Assembly: GCA_035649275.1 (NCBI GenBank)
Contig: DASRJW010000101.1
Location: 39,473-103,472 of the forward strand
From: Candidatus Krumholzibacteriia bacterium
GTDB taxonomy: Bacteria; Krumholzibacteriota; Krumholzibacteriia; G020349025
Length of the DNA stretch: 64,000 nt
Direction of reading: 5' to 3'
The first letter of the stretch is position 1. The number at the start of each line of letters is the position of its first letter. The notes beneath the pieces are model-generated. The model searched no databases. It was not told the origin of the DNA and was given only the letters and a program-made list of their open reading frames with translations. Below are positions 28,374 through 36,262 of the stretch, piece by piece. The position numbers and the translations under genes are program-made.

Positions 28374-29756
28374 CTAGTGCGGCTGCTGCTGCTCCTGCTG
28401 CTGCTGCTGTTGCTGCTGCTTCTGCGAGTCCTGGATCTGACGCAGCTCCTCGCGGTTGAGCACGGTGAGCTCGACGCGACGGTTGCGCGAGCGGCCCTGC
28501 TCGTCCACGTTCGAAGCCACGGGCAGTTCCTCGCCATAGCCGTGCACGCGCAGCTGCGAGCTGCTGATCTGCGGGAACTTCCACAGCAGATAGTCCGCCA
28601 CTGCCTGAGCGCGGCGCTCGGACAACTTGGCGTTCGTCGCGTTGCTGCCCCGCGAATCGGTGTGGCCGCCCACCTCGATGCGCAGCTGCGGCCAGCGCGA
28701 CAGCACCTCGCCGGTCTCGTCGAGGACGGCGAAGCTGGAAGGATCCAGCTGCGCGCTGCCGGTGATGAAGTTGACTCCCTGCAGGCGGAGCTTGCCGGTG
28801 TCGAGCATCTCGTACTCGAGCTGGGAGATCTTGCAGCCCGAGGCGTCGACGCGCGTACCCGCCGGCGTGTCCGGGCAGTTGTCGAGGCCGTCCACCACGC
28901 CGTCTTTGTCCCCATCGGTGGGACAACCGCGGGCGTCCACGACCGCGCCGGCCACGGTGGCGGCGCACACATCGATGCCGTCGAAGACGCCGTCGCGATC
29001 CGCGTCGGCGGGGCAGCCGGAACCATCCACGCTGGCTCCCGCCGGCGTGGCGCTGCACAGATCGAGGCCGTCCCAGATGCCGTCGCTGTCGCCGTCGGTC
29101 GGGCAGCCCTTGGCATCCACGGTGGCGCCGTTCGGCGTCGAGGCGCAGAGATCACGGTTGTCGGCCACGCCGTCACCGTCGATGTCGCCATGCTTGCGGG
29201 CGAAAGGCAGAACGAGACGCGCGCCGATGGCGGTGTTCTGCATCACGTTGTTGGTGCCGCTGCTGCGCGTGCCGAGCATGAGCTGCCAGGCCTCGAGGCG
29301 CACACCGAGGCCGCTCGAGCCCACGATCTTCAGGCCTCCGCCGATCTGGGCGAAGGGATCCTGGATGGCGCCTGCCGCGTCGGTGCTCATGTCCTCGGCG
29401 TAACCGCCGCCGATGGTGATGAAGGGCCGGACGTGCGCGTGGCTGGTGAGATCGAGGGAGAATCCCCCGCTCACCATCCCCAGGTCCCGCTGCACCGGCT
29501 CGACGGTGGTGGGGAGCTCGAAGCGCGACCAGCCGCCCTGGGCCTCGAAGGCGATCCGCGGCGACAGGGCGATGCCGAGCCGCGCCCCGACCAGGGGCGA
29601 AACACGTTCGGTGAAGCCGAGCTGCTCGTCCACCACGAGTGCACCGGCATACGGGCTGAATTCGAGGTTCACCCTCTCGATCCGCGCCGCGGCGCTCGAA
29701 ACACCGAGCAGCGCGCAGCCGGCCAGAGCGAGAAGGATCCGGGTGCTCTTGTTCAT
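28374..29756 (-). CDS. OmpA family protein with thrombospondin type-3 (TSP3) Ca-binding repeats and C-terminal polyQ tail
   Basis: signal peptide MNKSTRILLALAGCALLG; four DxDxDGxxDxxDxC repeats (DIDGDGVADNRDLC etc.); OmpA C-domain GHTDSRGSNATNAKLSERRAQAV; ends QKQQQQQQQQEQQQPH. Confidence 0.85.
   Translation of the reverse strand: MNKSTRILLALAGCALLGVSSAAARIERVNLEFSPYAGALVVDEQLGFTERVSPLVGARLGIALSPRIAFEAQGGWSRFELPTTVEPVQRDLGMVSGGFSLDLTSHAHVRPFITIGGGYAEDMSTDAAGAIQDPFAQIGGGLKIVGSSGLGVRLEAWQLMLGTRSSGTNNVMQNTAIGARLVLPFARKHGDIDGDGVADNRDLCASTPNGATVDAKGCPTDGDSDGIWDGLDLCSATPAGASVDGSGCPADADRDGVFDGIDVCAATVAGAVVDARGCPTDGDKDGVVDGLDNCPDTPAGTRVDASGCKISQLEYEMLDTGKLRLQGVNFITGSAQLDPSSFAVLDETGEVLSRWPQLRIEVGGHTDSRGSNATNAKLSERRAQAVADYLLWKFPQISSSQLRVHGYGEELPVASNVDEQGRSRNRRVELTVLNREELRQIQDSQKQQQQQQQQEQQQPH
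28381..28422. repeat. CTG/CAG trinucleotide tract (~14 units) encoding polyQ
   Basis: gctgctgctgctcctgctgctgctgctgttgctgctgcttctg on plus strand. Confidence 0.8.
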
Positions 29757-29936
29757 CGCCTACCTCTCCATCTGGGCTCTGCGCGTCCGACGCGCCCGGA
29801 GGCGGTCGTTCCGCGCGCTTCCACTGTGCTGCGCCCGACGTCGCGTGTGGACCGGGCTGCTCGCATCGGGTTGGCAAGAGCCGTTCCGCCATACGGCGAT
29901 TTCTGGCGTGAAAGGACAGGAAAGGGGCGGCGGCGC

Positions 29937-30755
29937 TCAGTGGCGCCGCGCGACGCAGACGAGATCCGTGGACGATTGCGGCTGGAAGGGATTTCCGCAC
30001 AAGTCTCCGTACCAGACGATCGATTCGAAGCCGGCCTGGTGGAGCTCTGGCTCCAGTTCGTCGCGCTGCCAGCCTCGTAGCGTCGTGACGTGGCTGGAAA
30101 CCACCTCCACCGGCACCGCTGCCTCCGGTCGCAGGCGAAGCGTGGTGGGGAAGAACTGCAGGCGGCGGTCCGGGAGATGGCGCAACAGGCGAAGGAAGAC
30201 GATCTCGCCCTCTGCATCGGGGCGGAACTGCAGGGGCAGATGGCGCTCGCCTTGGGCCAGGCGCGCGTAGTTGAGGATCTGGATCACCCAGGCGCCGCCC
30301 GGTCGCAGCGCCGCATGGACACCGCGACACGCTGCTGCCAACTCTTTCGCTTCCTGGAGATGGACGAGTGTGTTCCCCAGACAGAAGGCGGTGCCGAAGC
30401 GCTCTTCTCCCAGCGCTTCGTGGAGGCGGACGAGATCGCCGGCGACGAAGCGAGCGCTGGTGCCGGCGGCGCGCGGGCGCGCCTGCTCGAGCTGCGCCTC
30501 GGAGCGATCCACGCCGAGGACGCGGTAGCCGGCGCCAGCGAAGTGCAGCGCATGCTCGCCGGTGCCGCAGCCCAGATCGAGGAGGCTCGGCTCGGGTCCT
30601 TCCTGCAGCACCTGCAGCAGGAAGGGGCCTTCCCGCTGCAGGCGCTCGGGCCAGGCGAAGAGCCGGCCGTACTGCAACTTGGCGTACGGGTCCGAGGCTT
30701 CTGGTACTTGTGGTCCAGTGTCGCTCAAGCGGGCTCCCGGGAGGGCGGCGACCAC
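29937..30755 (-). CDS. class I SAM-dependent methyltransferase
   Basis: LLDLGCGTGEHALHFAGAGYRVLGVDRS motif I and downstream motifs (Methyltransf_11/25-like). Confidence 0.75.
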   Translation of the reverse strand: MVAALPGARLSDTGPQVPEASDPYAKLQYGRLFAWPERLQREGPFLLQVLQEGPEPSLLDLGCGTGEHALHFAGAGYRVLGVDRSEAQLEQARPRAAGTSARFVAGDLVRLHEALGEERFGTAFCLGNTLVHLQEAKELAAACRGVHAALRPGGAWVIQILNYARLAQGERHLPLQFRPDAEGEIVFLRLLRHLPDRRLQFFPTTLRLRPEAAVPVEVVSSHVTTLRGWQRDELEPELHQAGFESIVWYGDLCGNPFQPQSSTDLVCVARRH

Positions 30756-30821
30756 GGGACTCGCGCCGCCGCCAGAGTGATGTTATATTTCCCCGGCGCT
30801 GCGGGAGCAAGGAGACGAAGC

Positions 30822-31400
30822 ATGGGGAAAAGACTGCAGGCGGGGGCCGGGTTCATGGGCGCGGGACTCGCTTCCCTGCTCTTCCTCCTCCCGGCCTGCG
30901 AGGACACCCAGACTTTCGCCCGCGTGGAGCGCCGCACTCTGACGGTCGACTCCTTCCAAAGACGGCCCGTCGACGGTGGTACTCGGGTGGAGGTCTTCGT
31001 CTCGGTTCCAGAGAAGGATCACCCCGAGATTCTGGTGAACTGGACGAATCTGAGAGGCGAGATCGAGGTGGAGGCGTACGTCCTCGCGCGTTCGGTGTAC
31101 GCCGACCCGGCCAACGCCGGCAAGCCTCTCGCCGTGCTCGCCCAGGAGCAGACGGATCTGCAGAATCAGGAGCGCGAGGACGCCAAGCAGAACCAGCAGC
31201 CGCCACCGCCGCTCCGGATCCTCTGGCCGCAGCTGCCGGACGAACAGCCACCCTACGGCGAGACCCGGCCGACCCAGCTCCATCTCCACCCCGATCCGGG
31301 CGAGTGGGTCGTCGTTTTCTACAACCCCTTCGGTCCCGGTCCGACCAACCGGGCTTCCCTGTCGGCGAGCATCGAGCTCTCCTTCTACTCCATCCCCTGA
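30822..31400 (+). CDS. hypothetical lipoprotein
   Basis: ATG 30822 MGKRLQAGAGFMGAGLASLLFLLPAC lipobox; 192 aa; upstream part of ORF 30090..31400 is antisense to the MTase gene. Confidence 0.5.
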   Translation: MGKRLQAGAGFMGAGLASLLFLLPACEDTQTFARVERRTLTVDSFQRRPVDGGTRVEVFVSVPEKDHPEILVNWTNLRGEIEVEAYVLARSVYADPANAGKPLAVLAQEQTDLQNQEREDAKQNQQPPPPLRILWPQLPDEQPPYGETRPTQLHLHPDPGEWVVVFYNPFGPGPTNRASLSASIELSFYSIP

Positions 31401-31547
31401 GGGGAAGGCGCGTTCCCCCTCTGCAGACTCGACACCAGAGAAGGCTCGACACCTCTCTCGACCCTATGATGGTGGCGCCCTGGTCCTTCCCGCTCGCGGC
31501 GGCCTGATCCTTGCTGCTCCCCAGGCGGTCTCGAGGAGGTGCCCTTG

Positions 31548-33266
31548 ATGTCACGGAGCTTCGCGCGCGGCGCCTTCACCGGCGAGCTGTCCCAAGATCT
31601 CCTCTTCCCCTTCCCCAGCATGGGTCCGGACGAGGCCGAGGTCGTCCAGATGCTGCGCGAGTCCATCCGCAAGTACGCCGCGGAGCACATCGACGACGCC
31701 CGGATCGATGCCGAGGGTGCCATCCCGCGGCAGGTGCTGGACACGCTCGCTGGTCTCGGCGTCATGGGCATCATCATCCCGCCGGAGTATGGCGGCAGCG
31801 GTCTCAGCGTCACCGCCTACTGCAAGGTGCTGGAAGAGATCTCCCGCCATTCCGCCGCCGTGGCCGTGACCGTGGGGGCGCATCAGTCCATCGGCATGAA
31901 GGCCATCATCCTGTATGGCACGGAGGCGCAGAAGCATCGCTTCCTGCCCGCCCTGGCGGCGGGGGAGAAGTACGCCGCCTTCGCCCTCACCGAGCCCGGC
32001 GCCGGCAGCGACGCCGGCAGCATCCAAACCAGCGCCGTCGCCGACGGCGACGCCTGGGTGTTGAACGGCACCAAGCAGTGGATCACCAACGCCGGCTTCG
32101 CCGACGTCTTCACCGTCTTCGCCAAGGTGGACCTGCCGAGCGCGCGGAACGAAAACCAGAAGGTCACCTGCTTCGTCGTCACCCGCGACCTGCCTGGTGT
32201 CGTCATCGGGCCGCCGGAGAAGAAGATCGGCATCCGCGGTTCGGAGACCAACGAGGTGCACCTGGAGAACGTGCGGGTGCCGGCGGACCACCTCCTCGGT
32301 GAGGTGGGCGGCGGCTTCAAGATCGCCATGGGGGTGCTGAACGAGGGCCGCTTGGGTCTCGCCACGGGGTGCGTCGGGGCTTCGCGCCAGCTGATCGAGC
32401 TGGCGGCAGAGTTCGCCCGGCAGCGCCGGCAGTTCGGCCACGCCATCGCCGAGTTCGAGCTCGTCAAGGACAAGCTCGCCGAGATGAGCACGCGCACCTG
32501 GACGGTGGAGAGCGCCACTTATCTCACCGCCGGCATCGCCGACCGCGGCCTCAAGGACTTCAGCCTGGAGGCGGCGATCTGCAAGATCCTGGGCAGCGAG
32601 ACCCTGTGGTTCGTGGTCAACGAGGCCCTGCAGATCCACGGCGGCAACGGCTTCATGGAGGAATACCCCTTCGGCCGCATGTTGCGAGACGCGCGCATCA
32701 ATCTCATCTTCGAGGGCACCAACGAGATCCTGCGTCTCTTCATCGCTGGCATGGGGCTGCGCGGGCCCGGCGAGGAGCTGCAGCTGGTGGCGCGGGCGCT
32801 GCGCCATCCAGCCCGTGACTTCGGCGTCCTCTCGCGCTACTTCGGGCGCCGGGTGGAGCAGACCTTCCTGCGCGAGCGCCTGCGGGACATCCACCCGGAG
32901 CTGGCGGAGTGCGCCAGCCGCATCGAGACGGCAGTGCACCGCCTGCCCGGCCATGTCGAAGGCTTGCTCCGCCGCCACGGCCGTAGCTTCGTCGCCCGCC
33001 AGTACTTGCTGCGGCGCATCGCCGACGTGGTCATCGACACCTACGCCATGGTGGCGGTGACGTCCCGCACCGACACGTTGCTCAAGGCCGGGGCCTCTTG
33101 CGCCCAGGAGCTCGCCATGACCCGCTCCTGGTGCAATCGCGCTTCGCGCCGGGTGCGGCGGAACCTGCGCGGTCTCGTCGTCAACGCCGACGCGCTCACC
33201 ACCGAGGTGGCCGATCGCATCCTCGGCGAGACGCCCTGGTTCCAGCGCAACGAGTCGCAGGGCTAG
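31548..33266 (+). CDS. acyl-CoA dehydrogenase (long ~570-aa form with C-terminal extension)
   Basis: ATG 31548 with GAGGAGG 8 nt upstream; ACAD N/M/C domains (AFALTEPGAGSD, QWITNAG, IHGGNGFMEEYP, IFEGTNEI). Confidence 0.88.
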   Translation: MSRSFARGAFTGELSQDLLFPFPSMGPDEAEVVQMLRESIRKYAAEHIDDARIDAEGAIPRQVLDTLAGLGVMGIIIPPEYGGSGLSVTAYCKVLEEISRHSAAVAVTVGAHQSIGMKAIILYGTEAQKHRFLPALAAGEKYAAFALTEPGAGSDAGSIQTSAVADGDAWVLNGTKQWITNAGFADVFTVFAKVDLPSARNENQKVTCFVVTRDLPGVVIGPPEKKIGIRGSETNEVHLENVRVPADHLLGEVGGGFKIAMGVLNEGRLGLATGCVGASRQLIELAAEFARQRRQFGHAIAEFELVKDKLAEMSTRTWTVESATYLTAGIADRGLKDFSLEAAICKILGSETLWFVVNEALQIHGGNGFMEEYPFGRMLRDARINLIFEGTNEILRLFIAGMGLRGPGEELQLVARALRHPARDFGVLSRYFGRRVEQTFLRERLRDIHPELAECASRIETAVHRLPGHVEGLLRRHGRSFVARQYLLRRIADVVIDTYAMVAVTSRTDTLLKAGASCAQELAMTRSWCNRASRRVRRNLRGLVVNADALTTEVADRILGETPWFQRNESQG

Positions 33267-33272
33267 TCTTTC

Positions 33273-33878
33273 TCACCTTGCGGTCGAGGCAGAAACCTGC
33301 CGGCGCCGCAGCGCGAGCGCGCCGCGGTAGAGACCGCGCACGACGCAAGCCGCCAGAATCCCCACCAGGAACCCCACCAGTACGTCGCCAGGATAGTGCA
33401 CGCCGACGTAGACACGGGAAGTGCCCACCAAGAGCGCCCAGCCACCCAGATAGGGTGCTGCCCGTGGGTAGAACCAGGAAAGGTGCAGCGCCACGGCGCT
33501 GAAGTTGGCGGCGTGCGAGCTGGGGAGGGAGAAGGAGGAGCCACAACCGACGAGCAGATGCACAGCGGCCAAAGTGTTGCAGGGCCGTGGCCGATCCAAG
33601 AGGTCCTTGAGGAGGTTGCTGCTCAGCTGGTCGCTCAGCGCCAACAGCGGCACCACGAGGAGCGCCGCCGTGCGGCCGCGGGAGCCGCCGAAGAGCAGGA
33701 GCGCCGTCCACGCCACCAGGATCGGCACCTCCCAGTGGCCGAGCTCGGTGACGAAGGGCATGAGCCGATCGAAGAAGGCGTTGTGACCGCCATTGATCCA
33801 GCGGAAGAGCGCCGTGTCGATCTGCGCCAATGCAGCCAGCCAGTGGTCCACGACTTCCCCTCGACGAGGGTCCCACAC
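33273..33878 (-). CDS. PAP2 family phosphatase (PgpB/undecaprenyl-diphosphatase-like)
   Basis: KDLLDRPRP, PSSHAANFSAVA, SRVYVGVHYPGDVLVG = PAP2 motifs 1-3; 6 TM helices. Confidence 0.85.
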   Translation of the reverse strand: MWDPRRGEVVDHWLAALAQIDTALFRWINGGHNAFFDRLMPFVTELGHWEVPILVAWTALLLFGGSRGRTAALLVVPLLALSDQLSSNLLKDLLDRPRPCNTLAAVHLLVGCGSSFSLPSSHAANFSAVALHLSWFYPRAAPYLGGWALLVGTSRVYVGVHYPGDVLVGFLVGILAACVVRGLYRGALALRRRQVSASTAR

Positions 33879-33922
33879 CAGTATTTCCCAGCCTCAGGCG
33901 ACGTCAGAGTCACTGCGGCGCC

Positions 33923-33956
33923 GAAAAAAAAGGTACCTCGGCTGTCCGAGGTACCT
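33923..33956 (-). terminator. rho-independent terminator (minus orientation): 12/13-bp perfect stem, 4-nt loop, U8
   Basis: plus strand AAAAAAAA-GGTACCTCGG-CTGT-CCGAGGTACC-TTT; read on the minus strand it is hairpin followed by T8; lies in divergent region upstream of PAP2 gene. Confidence 0.6.
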
Positions 33957-34110
33957 TTACCAGGATCCGGAGTGCCAATGGCACTCCATCACGGTCCTTG
34001 GATCGAGGACGAACTGCGAAGTTCGCGTTTGGCTCGATTCTTTTTTGGTCCTTAACCGCAGGGTTCGTCTCCCCCGCAGCGGAAACGTTAACGCTGCGCT
34101 GCCGAGAGGT
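33923..34110 (-). ncRNA. candidate small RNA ending at the intrinsic terminator
   Basis: AT-richer 350-bp divergent spacer with several additional hairpins (GGAGTGCC-AAT-GGCACTCC; GCAGCG...CGCTGC) and TTGACC -35-like hexamer on minus strand near 34115; 5-prime end uncertain. Confidence 0.25.
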
Positions 34111-34230
34111 CAAGCCCAGAATGATGGTCTCCTTCTTTTCACGCTCCCCTCCCGGACCGCCGCTGCCGGCACGGGCGTGACGAAGGCGCTATCATGAAAG
34201 GCTGCGCCGGCGAAGGGCGAGGGCGAGGCG

Positions 34231-34881
34231 ATGTCGCATACGGAACTGCGTGTCAACGAGATCTTCTACTCCTTGCAGGGAGAGTCGACTCAGGCGGGCC
34301 GACCCTGCGCCTTCGTGCGCCTCACCGGTTGCCCGCTGCGCTGCAACTACTGCGACACCGAATACGCCTTCTACGAAGGCCGCTGGATGAGTCTCGACGC
34401 CATTCTGTATGAGCTGCATTCCTACCCCGTGCGGCTCGTGGAGGTGACGGGAGGGGAGCCCCTGGCGCAGCCGGCGGCGGTAGCGCTCATGCAACGACTC
34501 TTGGAAGAGGGCTACGAAGTGCTGCTGGAAACGAGCGGCGCCTTCAGCATCGCCCCCGTGCCAGCGCCAGTGCGCAAGATCGTCGACCTCAAGACGCCCG
34601 ACTCCGGGGAGATGGAGCGCAACGACTGGTCCAACTTGAGCCTCCTCGCAGCGCACGACGAGGTCAAGTTCGTCATCCAATCGCGGCGCGACTACGAGTG
34701 GGCGCGGGACACGCTGCGCGAGCACCGCTTGCACGAGCGCGTGACGGTCCTGTTCTCACCCGCCTGGGAGAGCCCGATCCGCGCCGAGCTGGCGCAGTGG
34801 CTGCTGGAAGACGGCGTCCCGGCGCGCTACCAGCTGCAGCTGCACAAGCTCCTTTGGCCTGGCGTCGAGCGCGGGGTTTGA
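34231..34881 (+). CDS. queE: 7-carboxy-7-deazaguanine synthase (radical SAM)
   Basis: EIFYSLQGES...CAFVRLTGCPLRCNYCDTEYAF = QueE-specific Cx3Cx2C variant and cluster-binding context. Confidence 0.88.
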   Translation: MSHTELRVNEIFYSLQGESTQAGRPCAFVRLTGCPLRCNYCDTEYAFYEGRWMSLDAILYELHSYPVRLVEVTGGEPLAQPAAVALMQRLLEEGYEVLLETSGAFSIAPVPAPVRKIVDLKTPDSGEMERNDWSNLSLLAAHDEVKFVIQSRRDYEWARDTLREHRLHERVTVLFSPAWESPIRAELAQWLLEDGVPARYQLQLHKLLWPGVERGV

Positions 34882-34882
34882 C

Positions 34883-36247
34883 GTGGGGCCTCCCGACCTC
34901 CTGCCGCAGCTGCGCACCGAGGTGCCGGGACTGCGGTCGCGCCAGCTGGCGGCGCGCCTGCAGCGCGTCGAGTGCGCCGACACCACGTTCGTCGACGACA
35001 CCTTCCCGCTCTTCTGGGAACGCGCCTCGGGCTGCAATGTCTGGGACGCCGACGGCAACCGCTTCGTCGATCTCACCGCGGCCTTCGGCGTCTGCATCCT
35101 GGGGCACACGCACGTGGTGCAGCGAACGGCAGTGCTGCGACAGGCCGGGCGCCTGGTCCATGCCATGGGCGACGTGCATCCCGCTGCTCTCAAGGTGGAG
35201 CTCGCCGAGCAGCTCGCCCGCCTCGCTCCTGCGGCCTTGGAGGTGGTGCTCTTCGGCAGCTCCGGCAGCGACGCCATCGAGGCGGCGCTGAAGACGGCAT
35301 CTCTGGCCACGGGGAGGCCAGGCGCCGTCGCCTTCGAGGGCGCCTACCACGGTCTCGGCTACGGTGCCTTGTCACTCACCTGGAGGGCGCACTTCCGTGG
35401 CCCCTTCCGCGCTCAGCTCAATCCGCACGTCGTGCACTTGCCCTACCCGGGGCGCAGGCACGGGGCCGCGAGCTCGGGAGACGGAGCTCCGGTTGCCGTG
35501 CACCAGATCCTCGAGCGGCTCGACACCTTGCTGGGCAGTGACGCTGGTGAAGCGATCGGCGCCGTCTTTGTCGAACCGATCCAGGGCCGCGGCGGTGTCG
35601 TCGTGCCCGCCGCGGATTTCCTGCCGGGATTGCGCGAGATCTGCACCCGTAGAGGCAGGCTCCTCGTCGCCGACGAGATCCTCACCGGCCTCGGGCGCAC
35701 CGGGAGTTGGTTCGCTTGCAGCCAGGCGGACGTCGTTCCGGATCTACTCTGTCTCGGCAAGTCCCTCGCCGGGGGGCTGCCACTCTCGGCTTGCATCGGT
35801 ACGAAGGCGGTGATGCAATGCTGGGAGCGCTCGCGCGGCGAGGCGCGTCACACTCAGACTTTCCTCGGCAACCCGCTCGCCGCGGCGGTGGCGTCTGCCA
35901 CGCTGCATCTCCTGGAAAAGGAGGACTGGCCCGCCCGGGTGGCGGAGCGCGGCGCCGTCTTGGGTGAGGAGCTCGCCGCGCTGCTCTCCGGTCGGGAAGG
36001 TGTCGTGGCGATCCGCGGCCGCGGCTTTCTCTGGGGTATCGAGTGCGGCGGACCGCACGGAGCGGATGGCGCGCGGGTGCGGGAGGTGGTGCACGCCGCT
36101 CTCCGGCGGGGCTGGATCCTCCTGCCTGCCGGGGACGAGGGCGAGGTGCTCGAGCTCTTACCGCCGTACGTGCTCGGTGCGGCACAATGGCGCGGGATGC
36201 TGGAGGTTTTGGACGAGCTGATGAGCCGCATCCCGGCCAGCGTCTGA
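34883..36247 (+). CDS. class III (omega-) aminotransferase, PLP-dependent
   Basis: GTG start 2 nt after queE stop; LLVADEILTGLGRTGSWFA (PLP Lys region), GSDAIEAALK, FVEPIQGRGGVV typical of GABA-AT/acetylornithine-AT family. Confidence 0.85.
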   Translation: MGPPDLLPQLRTEVPGLRSRQLAARLQRVECADTTFVDDTFPLFWERASGCNVWDADGNRFVDLTAAFGVCILGHTHVVQRTAVLRQAGRLVHAMGDVHPAALKVELAEQLARLAPAALEVVLFGSSGSDAIEAALKTASLATGRPGAVAFEGAYHGLGYGALSLTWRAHFRGPFRAQLNPHVVHLPYPGRRHGAASSGDGAPVAVHQILERLDTLLGSDAGEAIGAVFVEPIQGRGGVVVPAADFLPGLREICTRRGRLLVADEILTGLGRTGSWFACSQADVVPDLLCLGKSLAGGLPLSACIGTKAVMQCWERSRGEARHTQTFLGNPLAAAVASATLHLLEKEDWPARVAERGAVLGEELAALLSGREGVVAIRGRGFLWGIECGGPHGADGARVREVVHAALRRGWILLPAGDEGEVLELLPPYVLGAAQWRGMLEVLDELMSRIPASV

Positions 36248-36262
36248 TCCAAGGGTCACCGC

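Noticed and set aside
34040-34070. tRNA-like T-arm (CAGGGTTCGTCTCCCCCGC) and similar GGGGTTCGC at 13222
   Set aside because: The loop lacks the conserved A58/TPsiC pattern and no acceptor or anticodon arms can be folded around it.
33910-34113. 67-aa minus-strand ORF in the PAP2-queE spacer
   Set aside because: Its last codons are the terminator hairpin and U-tract themselves (..PRTAEVPFFSAPQ) and it has no protein-like features. It is treated as part of a candidate sRNA instead.
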